From: Botryllus schlosseri
Lineage: Eukaryota
NCBI GenBank assembly: GCA_051294905.1
Contig: CM119372.1
Coordinates: 22,570,001 to 22,634,000, forward strand
Reading direction: 5' to 3'
Length of the DNA: 64,000 bases
Of this stretch, positions 47,535 to 60,255 are shown piece by piece. Numbering within the stretch: the stretch's first letter is position 1; every line of letters begins with the position of its first letter. The translations under genes and the position numbers were made by a program. The notes below the pieces were generated by a model. It ran no database searches. It saw nothing but the letters and a program-made list of their open reading frames with translations, and had not been told where the DNA came from.

Positions 47535-50480
47535 CGTTAACACATCCGTTTCTAAAATATTGCACAGGCGAAGATCTTCCGCGATTGAAAGGTCGCAAAG
47601 TGTCTTTTGCTTTTTGTATACTGCGGGTGTCGTCGAGATTACCGAGCCGAAATGTTCCTTAAATTCTCATCACCACTTGAAAGAACTGCTCCGCACTGCT
47701 TTGCTTTGACGTCATATCAGCCATATTTCAAACACCTTGCAGCCCAGGTGGAGACGAACCGTATTCACCACACGATATTAAACTTCATTCGATAGCCTAT
47801 ATTTCATTTTGACGTCATAAATACGTATTTGAATTTTCGTGTTATGGCTAAGATTTTTGATATGCGGCTATCGCATGAAGAAGGTGTGCCCACCACTGAT
47901 CTATACTCTATGGGAGTAGTGTGACCACCATGAAGTCAGATTTCCATGTCAATAAAGTTTGGAGTTCTTCATAATCATCACTTGGGGTTTGTATTATGTT
48001 CATCCGCTCAATATACATACACACACACCAGTGATTTCCAAACTTTTTTCAGTTCGCGACCCACAATGAGATATGAGTTGTATGACCGATCGAATGGGAA
48101 CCTAATTCGTCGTAATAATAACGCGTCGTGTGAGTTACGAGTTAACGCCTACAAGTGATATTGCGCGAAAATGCGGGAATACGAGTGTATCAAGGACGCA
48201 AGAATTAATTCATATAACCAGGACCGAAACAGCACTTTTACGTCACGGAAAACGTTGGATGTCTTCGCACTCCAGTACCCCATCTTGCGACAAACATTTT
48301 AACCATACAGTTCGTGGGCGCCAGTTTTTATGTTGTCAGTATGTTACAGTTATCTGGTCGCGCCTAGCGTGAAAATTTTCCGTAATTCATGGTGGAATTC
48401 GGTAAATGATATTGGCGATTGTATATATTACATAAATATGTTCTGCCTCGCAGCCCACGTGATCAGATTTGCAAGTAGATCTGAGGGAGGCCGTTTCTTT
48501 GAAAACTTCGGACTGTCATTCTTTTTAGCCTTCTCCTAGCTCGCTCCCTTCACTTCCTTCTATTAGTTCTTCGCCGGGTATTGTCCGGTCTTTTTTTTGT
48601 TGGAACAGCGCTTTGACCTCACCCATACTCCTCTACCTGATCTTGCGACGAGCCACCACTGTTTGTATCATTTATTCATCTCCTTTACTCGCAGGAAATC
48701 GTACTTAAAGCATCGGATAAACATATAATACGAAAGGGTACTTAGGGCATCGGATTGTGCCGTTTTCATTGTGCTGGAGATTTTCCTTTGCGGCAACAAA
48801 AACTCTTTTTATTCGCCAATGGCTCCGCTTGCAGTATTGGACGACCCTGCTAATTCAGATAAGTTCGTAAGTCTATAAGTCTTAGCGCAGTTACTTGCAT
48901 TGCATATGAATGATTTCCCGCTTTGAATCGAATAAGGTCAGAAGCTTGAATTACACGTCGATAAGCATGATTGCCTGGTTGGAAAATTTTTACCGAAACC
49001 GAATAGTTTACCATGTAATTGGCAATAGTAAAACGTCGGATTTATGTTATGTACGTTTCACAACACTGGTCGGCGAAAATCGTTGCTGAACAACTCTAGA
49101 AAACTCGAGTCGTCGTTTGGCTTTTTGTGTGATGCTCGTGCAGGCATTGCTAGCTCGAGTCACCACTGCAACCAGTGGCGTGGTCAGGGGATGAGCTTTG
49201 GAGGTCGAAACCCCATCCGATTTCAAACCCGAAACTCCATCCTTTTTGAAATGCAAATTATATCTCCAATATCTCCTAGCTCATTGGTAACTCAGTAATT
49301 CATCTTATCGGTGATGAGTTGCTTTGGAAGTGAATCTAGGTAACTATGTTTTAGTTCGTTATTTCTTGCTCTAGTTCTAGTTGTGCATTTTGAAGATACA
49401 GTATAGTTTGTACAAATCTGTCCATGCCCGATCCAATTGACATATCGAATATCTGACTCACGAAATTACATAATTACCGTGATCGGTTTCCTAAATATCA
49501 CCTTATACTATAAATAGAGAATAGGCCTACAGGAAAATTGCGATCTATAAAATAAAATCACATTGACAAATAATGATTTGAAATTAAAATTGGGTCATTG
49601 GCCTGGACTGATAGAAGGTCATTATAGCAACAACATCGTCGCATACTATCCAGTATCGACATGCTGGCGTAGGTCATTCGACCATTGACCCCGTTAGCAC
49701 CATGCAGTTCATTCTTAAAGTGATTCATGTTCGTTGTACAATCGAAACGCGCCTTTTAGATGATCACATAGAAAACATAACGATTGTTCGTGATGGCAAA
49801 CATCCACAGAATTGTGTTGATTGGAAGACTAATATGTCATTATATTGAATGTATAGCTAGCAAAACCGAAAGTTGTATAATTCAGTGGTACAAGTGAATC
49901 CCACATGGGCGGGCTGTGTCAGTAATTTTAGCAAGCATTGGCGTAAAACATCATTTGCACTTCTGTAAAACAAAATGACGTTATCTACGATCTCAGTCAT
50001 CCTCCTATACTGTACCTGTAGCGATATTACGACGGATAGTATGTTTACTGTCGGTAAACATTTCGTATCAGGAACCAATGATTTTCCCGTATAATGTCTG
50101 CGTGGTCACGTCACCCAAGAATAGCAAAAAGACGATGGCTTGTGTAGTATGTATTTATGACTGCAGGAGAATCCGTTGCTTGGGGCATATGAGTTTAATT
50201 TTGCAATCGCCCTATTGATGAGTCCGACACAGGGAGCTTGTAGACTTTATATATGGTGCTCTTCTTATGAAAATTGGAGATTACGAAACGAATGATTAGT
50301 AGTCATTGGTGCAAATATAATCGGCGAATGCAAAAAACGCGGCAAATTAAATCGATCCAGTATGAGGTAAAGATTACGAGCTACCAGTCTCTAGATGGAT
50401 GATTTTTTTTCCTTCGAAGTCTGCTGAATATATAAATATTCGTGTATTTTATGAAGCTTTACCGCTAAAACCAAATTGAA

Positions 50481-53400
50481 ATGTCCGCAACTATGCTGGA
50501 CAATCATTCAAACGATAGAACGTCACACCAGTCAGGAATTGCACCTTTGCATAAAGAGATCTTGAGTGCAGTTCTTAGCAGTGGGGTGGATGTAGAAGAT
50601 TTGATCGGATACCTGAGAGAAAATACGGAGAAAGCAGAAGAATCAGTGGAATCGCAGACGAACGTGATAAATTTATCGCGAGATTCCGAAAATAGCGATA
50701 TTAGACGAGAACAGAAGAATGATCATCATATTCGACAATCAGTCAACGAGAAGACCACAATTGAGGAAAATAAAGGAACTGATCATGCGATAGGAGTGAC
50801 CGATGCGAGGTAGGGCAATACATAATGCACAACGCCAAGTTTTTGTCACTACTGCCGCACCCTTGGGATCCATCAAGCAACAGCGTGTTCGTTACGTTAC
50901 AATCCCTCCATTCAATTCCCCTTCTACTATGTCGTTAAAACTCGCGACCTATCCTATAGGCCTGTATAGCATACGCTGTATGCCATAATACTAAAGAATT
51001 TTCATCTATTTATAATCACAGGTCCAAAAGCAAAGATGGTGCACCAGACTCCGACCAATCAGGAAAGACGAATACAGGTTTGCAGTTTGATGCTAAATAT
51101 GACTCTTAGACTATTGGTTATCCGCTGATTTTAGGCGCAAAGAAATCTCATGTCGACGAGAAATCACAGCCGAAGACTAAGAAAACAAAATTGTCCTCTA
51201 AGTCCCACACACCGATACCAAAACCACAAGATCTCTCGAGAAATCGCGATAGTAGGGCAACAAAATGCGAAAAAGACGACGACGGTATCAAAGTAACCAT
51301 CGAGACTGTGCAGAGTGAGCGAGTGTTACCTATGGACGCTCGGATCACACACACACCACGATCAAATCATGACATGACGACGCCCAATCATTACGAATCA
51401 TATCAGAGGTATTTCCAAACGCAAAATTCATTTTCGCAAGACTTAAATATTGGTCACATGAAAGAGCCACCTTACCTAATGGGTCAATCCGGAAAGGCAC
51501 CTAATTTTGTTGAACCCAACTCCACACATTCGTCCGCGCCAATAGCATTGCTACAAGGCGGTGATAACATGTTGGGACAAACTCATTACAAAATTCAAGA
51601 GAGCACTGTGCAAATCCAGACATTGCCCAGCAGTAGTAGCAACGTCTACACTGAATTGCGTGCTCCGCAGCAGCAACAGAACGATGGACATTTCACGGGG
51701 TTTCCAAAAATCGATATTGCTGACGCCTTTTCTCAACAGCCACGGATATCACTGCCACCTCCCCCAGTGATAGCCACTTCTTCAGTTTCATATCGCCCCG
51801 ACGCAAGAGCATATTTTACTGAACCGGCACCCGCACATCAACGCGAGTCCATCCAGCTCGCGGCCGATAATCAAAACGTGAGCCTTGAGTACGGTGGTAT
51901 TGATCGTCACGTGGAGTACATCACAACGACTGCGAATTGTCAGTTTAGCACTTTGGAATACGCTCAGAGAATCTTGAATGCACCGGACATAGACCCTCGC
52001 GCGGCTCAAGTAAATCAGGCCAATCATGTCATGGAGCAATTGCAACATTCGGTGGACTTGAACAATAATGACATTTACATGATACACAGCGTTGAGAGGA
52101 CGCCGATAAAACCTACTGAAGAATCTGCTTATCAAAATATGGGCATTTTGAATCCAGCGGTGACGCAGTTGCAGCCATCGTCCAAAATTGATAGCGGCGA
52201 GCTCTTCACAGAGCAGTCTCGTGGAAAAAAACGTAAAAACGATTACGACGAGGCCGCCCCGATAGACGGGCTAGCAGGAGGTAACCGATTTCTATATCAA
52301 ACAATGGTATCGAGAATCATCGTTAGTTTCGTTTTTAGAACCAGATCCAAGTATTACCGACATCATACAAGGCATTAATGGTACTGCAGAAAAAAAGAAA
52401 CAAGTCGATTCGTTGCTCGGGTGAGTTTTTATCGCGTTTCAGGAGGTACAAGGCAAAACTACAGTCATCAATAAATATTACTGGCCCAACCCCTGTCATT
52501 AGGACAGCACTACCCAAACTAAAGTCTGTGTACCCAGCGACAAAAACAAAGAGCGCCACTCGCTTCTAATATTCGGTATCATCGTTCAAATAGCTTTGCG
52601 CGATACAGCAAACAACCAACGGTCAACAACCTCGAGACAATTCACCTTCGGTCTGCACTATGCTCCGCGGCTGGGTGTGATAATGTTCAGAAATCCTTTT
52701 TCATTGGCTATCTAAATCAACGAGCACGAAATATAGCGATGCCAGAGCACGATTTGATATCTGCGTAACCAATAAATGCCCTACCGCGGAGTTATCTGAG
52801 TACTGTTTATGACGCAGAAATACCTTTGTTTATTTCTTGAAATTGCAATTTCTTGTAGACACTAACGTAGCTACTGGAATATATGAAACAGCGTAGCCTA
52901 CGCACGCATAACCGTCGTCCTTCCTCACTGTCGCTTTTAAAATGATGGTAAAAGTGTGTTACTCATTCATTTCATGTCTTCACTAAACCGTTGGTAAATG
53001 AGTAATTTCGTACAAATGGCTTCCAATCTGGACACAATGAATTTTCGGGCAAATGATTTACCAGGGCCAGACCGACTGAAAGGAGGCCTTTATGTTGTGA
53101 GTGATCGTCGGCTGATATTCAAGTCAACTGTGAAAATAATTCAGGCTTATTCATACATTGTTTGAATTGCCTGCGTAGATCAGTACCCGATCTCTCAAAT
53201 ATTCAAGTAAAATTTTAACAGAAAGACAAACGCAATGTAGTATTAGGAGCACTCTGTAAATAATATTCCTAGATACATCTTTAATATACTCCAGGCGCGT
53301 CGCATAACTACCACCATCAAACTACAGTCTACCGTGATATTCCACAATCAATATCCGTGTACTTACTGTACAGTAGAGCTTAAGACCACCGCTTCATTGC

Positions 53401-56400
53401 TGCAGCGGCACTGTGGTTCGCAGAGTTGAATATGTGAATTGAATATGAGCATTGAACAAATCAAATCAATAATAATCAAGAATTTATTTCGATTTCTGTT
53501 AGCTCGACGTAATAATCTACTGGATCGAGCCCTATGTCAGTAGTTCACGCACACGTTTGACGCGGATGAGTTTGGTGTAGTATTTTTGTTGTAATGATTA
53601 ATTTCTCATGGTTAAACATCATACCAGTGACAATTGAAGCTTTGGAATTGTTATCACACGTTCGTCTGTTATTTCGTCTACAATTGTGAAGCGAGAAATG
53701 GCGACTATATGTGGTCCTTGCAATTACTAGAAAGCCAATGTGCGTCATTGGTTTCACGGCGTTGTTTACAGTTGAAGATTTTGCAGTGCACCCCTGCTAT
53801 ATAGAGTACCGGAAAGAAGTGAATATCACTAGAGGACCATGTTGTATATTTGTTTTACAGAAAGGACCCATGGAGAGTTGCCAAAGCAGTGAAGTCTTAT
53901 ATGGCAACTCATAATATTCCTCAACGAGAAGTAGTCGACTCGACAGGTAGGATATCCAATCAATACTTACCGTAACTCAATCTTTATTTTTATCAAATAT
54001 TCGTTCGTAAATATATCTATCTACTACCTTGCATTCCAGGGTTGAACCAGAGCCATCTATCGCAGCATCTGAATAAGGGCACACCGATGAAGCACCAGAA
54101 GCGCTGCTTGTTGTACGCATGGTTCATCAAGAAAAAACTTGAGATAAATGCTCGTAAGCGTCGTATCGCTATTAACAGTGCTATATACCGCGAAAATAGA
54201 TGCACTAATTTGCAAATAATTTCAGAATTTGAGATAGCAAGTCACGGATTGCCCGCCGATCAAGTTGAAGAAGTAGCGGGCGTAAGCAAGCGTGCCAGAA
54301 GGAATCGTTTCAAATGGGGCCCGGCTTCTCAGGTATAGGCTACTGCATCTACACCAGTGGTTCCCAAACGAATTTTCACGAATTTAGCCATATTACTTTT
54401 CCATACCATATAAAAATCCACCCTTTTATCAAATAATAAGTTATATAGCCAAGGGCTCGATTGAATTATTAAGAAAAAAGGTACTGGTATCGATCTAGGC
54501 CAATGCTTTCACAGATTTTTGGTTAGAGGATGCAATCTTCCGAGGATATTTCACACACATATTTGATGGAAACTGCAGGATATAGCAAGAAAAATAAACA
54601 TTACATTTACTCTCAGCTATATAGGTCTAATGTCCCATTCAGCTTATCCAGTGTAACTTGAAACTCCTATACGCTCGATAATTTGGATCAAGATGAAGAT
54701 CTTAGGGTTAGCCGGCCTAATGATGAAGATTTTGAAATCGAAGATGATTCAGATCGTAGAGTAGTCCATCAACACAAGTTATTGATCTGACATAAGGTTT
54801 GGGACTTGGAATAGAAATTTTCGGAACTTTTAACATCCTTACGAATTAAGAAAGATTACTTGGCAAGGTAGAGAAGGTAGCTCACTTTGGATCATGAGGG
54901 TCAGCCTTTTCTTTGTAGGCCTACTTTCGGTAGCTTTGTGTATTTCCGTGATGCTGGAATTGGCATGATACTGTCACCATGGATTACTGGAGAAGTTGGG
55001 AATCCCGATTCACAACTCAAGTGAATGGCAAACGCCTACAGGTAGCTCAAAAAGGATCCTAAAGTGTGGCATTCTCCAAACAATTGCACACTCAGTTAGT
55101 CTTCGTGAATAATACAGAAACATTGCAAATAGTACAGAAACATTGAATTGTTGCAATATCACGAGCACGATTGGATCATATGTGCCAGCTTGGAAATATT
55201 GTGTTTTCTTATAGTGGCCAGACAAAAAGGATGCGCGTGTAACCCCGATACACATGTGCCGCTGCCATATGTTTGTGTCGGACACTCAGACATTGAAAAA
55301 AGAAAAAATATCTAAATAATTTCCCTGAAAACCTTGACGTAGTCAGAGATGGGCAAGGAGAAAATGCCGCCCAACATCTGAAGATGATGGGGGTAAGATA
55401 CTAAAGTAGATTGGAGCTTACATACGTTAGCAGACTATTCGAGTATCGAACTACACAACCTACAGAATTATGAGTTATTGGCGTAAATTTGTACCCTGAA
55501 ACTCACATTTTATTTGTCCTGTAAAAGCAATATCAGTTTAAATCAACCAAATAAAGCAGTGCAAATGTTTATTTGAAATCTATTGATTAACTTTCGACTA
55601 CTTGTGGTTTTTCAAACGTTTTATAAATAAATACAAAATATTAAAAGTAGTGCTATTATGTGGGTTATGACTCCTATGAGACAATGGGGTGGGTGCCTAA
55701 CCCAAAAACTTGACGTGATAGAGAAAAACGGAAGTCATATTTGAATTGAACGCCCATAAGTTAGTCAAAATCAATTGTCTGTTCACAGTCAACAAAAATT
55801 GTGTTGACCAGTGCTATCATATATACGGACCAAAAATATCTTTAACCAGGACTACATCGTCTTGCAGCATTTTTACGGTCGGCGGTCATCATCATCAGAA
55901 CATTCATTCCATACCAATGATCTATACGTAGGCCTACTGTAGCTGTTGAGCCGACTATTTCGAGGGTTCCAACCATCCCATATCGTATACTCGCCTCGGG
56001 AGGTAGTCGTCGTCAGTAGGCTCATTCAACATGTTTTGCAAGGTATTAACATAATTATGGCATAAATACACAACTTAAAAACAACGCAATTTTTTTAAAG
56101 CAGGGTATTTTAAACAACCATTTATTTTAAATGCAACCCTAGCAGCAATCATGTATAGCGGGGGTTTTCAAACCGGGGTACGCGTACCTCCAGGGGTACG
56201 CCAGAGAGGAGGTACGGTTATGAAGGTACGAGAGCAACTTCCTTCAGTGTATACTGTATATACATAGTTAGTTGTTTGTGTTTTATATTTCAATTGCATA
56301 CAATTTATGCAACATTATTATTGAGGGGTATTATTGAAGGGTACACAGTTCAATAAAGTTTGAGAAACCCGGATGCACACGATTAAAAATTTATCTCTCC

Positions 56401-57798
56401 AGTCTCGCGTCGTCTTGACCCACTATTTTATGACGTCTGCCAGTTTTCAAATAGCACTGGGTGCATATCCATTAAATTGTTTTTATATTTAAAACTTCCC
56501 ATTCAGAAAATACTGTATGACGCTTACGAAAAACAACGTAACCCTACCAAAGAAGAACGTGAAACACTCGTAAGAGAATGCAACCGTGCGGAGTGCCAGC
56601 AGCGCGGAGTTTCTCCGTCGCACGAAAGTGGTTTAGGGTGTAATTTGGTGACAGAGGTTCGTCAGGTTTCGTTCGCTCGTTCACTATTAGAAATTGATAG
56701 CTATTGCTCAAATTTTTTTGCTAGTAAAATTTGCCATTTTTCCAGGTTCGAGTTTATAACTGGTTCGCCAACAGACGGAAAGAAGAAGCGTTTCGACACA
56801 AACTAGCTCAAGATAGCAACATGCATGTACGTAAGGTGCTGTATTGAGGTGTCAGTTCGACATTATCCATGCAATTCAATCATTCGATTATTTTCGATAT
56901 TATTTCCTGTTGGATTTTGAACAGATAGTGCTTTTATCATGTGTTTTATCTATTTCTCATACTACCGTTATTTGCAATGAAGTAGAAGTCATGATCATGC
57001 TACATATACGGTATGTCAGAAATAGTTAACCAATTGTGATATAATTCAAAATTTTATGACCATACTCACAGTCTATGCGCAGAACAGTAAATAGAATACT
57101 AATATAATTATTTTGAAACGATATCTCTATATTTGATGTGCAAGTATCAGGAAAAAGTTTGGGATCATATAGTCAGTTGGAACATTGTTAATACATTTCA
57201 TTTCTGAAATATAGTTAAACGGTCGGTGTTCACAACATTGCTCCCAAACAAAGCGTAAGGCAAGGTACGCTTTATGCAGCAGCACCAAATTAGTGTTCAA
57301 TGTACCTCGTAACTTCGTAGGTTAGATCGCATATTAGTTTAGCGGACAGCTAACAGCATTGATTATGTCTGCATTATTACACTTTCGAATACCTTCTACA
57401 ATGGCCAGAGAATTGAAGTTACGTCGCCGTGTTTGCAATTTACAGGGTCTTGATCTGAGAGGACCGGAAGATCTGGATGATAGTATTACACTAGCGCATG
57501 TTGATCAAAAGAACGGTACGTATTGTGCGGATCTTTTGTCCTTGTAACAGTGGAAGCCTATTATCGTAAATCGTCAGATTATATATTTTCAACCCTTTTA
57601 TAGAGACACAATGTACAATGCCATACACAAGACACAATGCGATGCAATCTGGAAATAATATATTCTCTTAGTAAATCTACCTTACTGTACGTCTGTCAGG
57701 ACCGAATTCATAGCGTTGCGTTAGTATACGGTGTTATTTCAATATTTCGATATTCCACATGTTATCTAGCTTCGGGCGATCAACCGCAATTCGTATAA
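50481..57798 (+). CDS. HNF1: HNF1-family POU-homeodomain transcription factor. Predicted exons 50481-50809, 51022-51077, 51135-~52280, (one uncertain linking exon), 53861-53946, 54040-54153, 54226-54332, 56507-56656, 56746-56826, 57446-57515, terminal exon uncertain (e.g. 57770-57798)
   Basis: Dimerisation helix [26 protein letters not shown]-specific domain [45 protein letters not shown]. Atypical homeodomain [84 protein letters not shown] junctions keep frame except the 52280-to-53861 link. Confidence 0.92.
56160..56372. mobile_element. Small degenerate MITE in HNF1 intron (GGGGTTTTCAAAC / GTTTGAGAAACCCG ends)
   Basis: Imperfect inverted ends and ggggtacgcgtacc subterminal motifs. Confidence 0.5.
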
Positions 57799-58136
57799 AT
57801 AGCTCCAAATTTCCTCCAGCAACAAGGTGACACCAATTACACATTATGTACATATATTTGGATGTGATGACGAACCGATTATTGTCTTGCAAATGTATGT
57901 TGGAAGTAAAATGTTACCTTGTTAAGAAATGAAAAACCTAAGAGTACAGTATACGATTGAAGCCCTTCCATGTAATACGAAGACAAATGATTTCAGAAGG
58001 TGGCATCAACGGACATCTGATTGAGACGAGACCGACGTTTGCCAATTCCCACGTTGAAAACAGTCATCGCAACAGTTACACAGGTTTGGTAATCCTATTT
58101 CAAACATCGCAGTCGCTGTAGCGACAATGATACGCG

Positions 58137-58490
58137 TTTTTGTTTGTGGTATTTACGGTGTTTGTCGACAACAATGGTAATTTTTACCAGGCCAATTTTC
58201 GATATTTTTATTCCGTATAGCTGCCGACTTATAGCACGACCCACTTCTAGGTTTCTATAAGACACCACTTTCACGCCGCTCACGCGTCGATCACTGTAGG
58301 CTACTATACTGCCGTGGTCCACGCAGCCTTGTTTTGTTTTGGGGTATTCATGGTGTTTGTCGACTACTATGGTCATTTACACCAGGCCGATATTCTTCTT
58401 ATTTTCCGTAACTGCCGACTTATAGCACGGCCCACCTCTAGGCTTTTTGTAAGACACCGCTGACGCGGATGAGTTGGTCCACGCAGCCTA
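58137..58490 (+). repeat. ~195-bp tandem duplication (two diverged units)
   Basis: 'ggtgtttgtcgac..accaggcc..ctgccgacttatagcacg.cccac.tctagg..taagacacc' occurs twice. Confidence 0.85.
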
Positions 58491-58676
58491 ATTGTGCAAT
58501 GGTTCACCGGCTTGAAAGTAGATTCGTACAATACCGCTTTTCTAATCGTTCACATTTCGGTTTCTCAATCGAATATATATTCTTTCATTATTTATTGTGG
58601 GGTAATAGTTATCGATATATCAAGGGTGATTTTTTTAAACTGCGTCATAACATTCATTGCTAGAACGGGAATAAAT

Positions 58677-59808
58677 TAGGGTTACCATATTTCAGCAACC
58701 CAAATTCCGGACATTCTTTAGCGCCCACTAGTGGATTTCAAAATGAGTTATGACGTTACACTAGCAAAGCTTTGCTCATAGGCCAGAGGTGGTCACGGTC
58801 CGGTTCAGGAGTATGTGGCTGTGTGTTGTGTAACCGGGACCGAAAGCACATGTTTTCAGCCCCCTCCCGCCCAAATAAACAATTATTTTGAGCCCACACT
58901 ATGGGGTAATCGATGCAACTTCTGGGCGGGGGGTGCTTGCTATATGAATCTGGTTTCTATATGCATCTGGTCGTTAAATTATCTGAATAAATTCTGTCAA
59001 AAATATTGGACGTTCCATATATAGATAAGCCTACTACTCTCCGCCCTCACGATCAGAGTAAGCGGTAGTGCTGGTGGAGGATGATGAGTTCGAAATACGG
59101 GGAGCGTAATTGCACATCGTTAAGTCATGTTCAGTTCATGTTCTACCTATAAGATTGTTTATCAGCCTTATGCCGGTGCGCACCACGGAGCTTTATAAAC
59201 ACCCTAAATCCAGTGGTTTCCAACCTGTTATGGTCGCGACTCGCGACTCCATCTCCAATTTGAAAATGTTCCGTGGCCCAGATCAAAATTTTACAAGCTG
59301 ATTACTAAAAGAAGTCAGCACCTTTGCTCAGACTTACTCACGCGCTATTTTGGAAGCTGACTGCTTTCAGCATATTCGCAAACTCCAGAATAAAGGCAAA
59401 AGACCCCCCTCCGTGTGGAACCACTGTCTTTGAATAAAACATTTGAACGGCCTCAACGATCTCTAGGAATATATATACCCTTCTCCTATAATTGTGATTA
59501 CAATTAGGCTTATTCCAATAAATGAAGGTCGCTTTTATTTATATTTTATGGCAGTTTTTGCGAGGGTGATAGTCCATATTAAAATGAATAAATGTGATAG
59601 TAAATCGCGCACAGCGCGAAGGAAAATATCATACATCAGCATAAATATTCCCAAAAATATATTGTTTTTATGCTGATTTACGACAAAAATTATGAGCCCA
59701 CGTCAAAATTCCGGACATTTGGCATATTTTAGAAATTCCTCCCGGACGCTAGTTTGAACAGTGAAATTCCGGACATGTCCGGGAAATTCCGGACGTATGG
59801 CAACCCTA
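58677..59808. mobile_element. hAT-type element related to family D (TIR TAGGGTT(A/G)CCATA, AATTCCGGAC repeats)
   Basis: Perfect TSD GAATAAAT. Confidence 0.9.
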
Positions 59809-60255
59809 GAATAAATGCACCCATGCGATTGTTTGCTGGCCACATTGTTCAATGTGCATTGACTTTTAATGACCTATACTCCTTTCACATGAATATTTAA
59901 TGAGAAGCAGTGTGACTCCTGCCGTTCCCATTCAAGTACCAGTTCGGACATGCAAGGCTGCACCTTGGAAAGTGTCATCGTATTGTTCTGGAGAAATGCA
60001 ACAGCTTGATACCAGTTGCTTAATTACAAATGAGCTTATATCAGTTGGAGATATAATTGGCATTTCACAATGTTGGGGTTTCGGTCTCGAACCCCAATAT
60101 CTCCCGCGTACGCCCCTGCACCCGACCTACCACCACTACAGCCGTAACTCGAATACCGATCCGGCCGAATTGCATGCAACCAATGATGGCGTATCATATC
60201 TATGAGTTGAGCGTGTGTCCTGAGCTCCACAGAACCCCTGATACTGGGTCATGGA

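Noticed and set aside
54660..55130. Acidic coding-like stretch ([26 protein letters not shown]) in an HNF1 intron after a CAGTGGTTCCC end
   Set aside because: Multiple stops, no identifiable family and no partner TIR found. Possibly a decayed transposon, but I cannot support a call.
18458..57798. Functional linkage of ANKS3 and HNF1 (both tied to vertebrate kidney/cilia biology)
   Set aside because: One window gives no evidence of conserved synteny or co-regulation, so this is likely coincidental.
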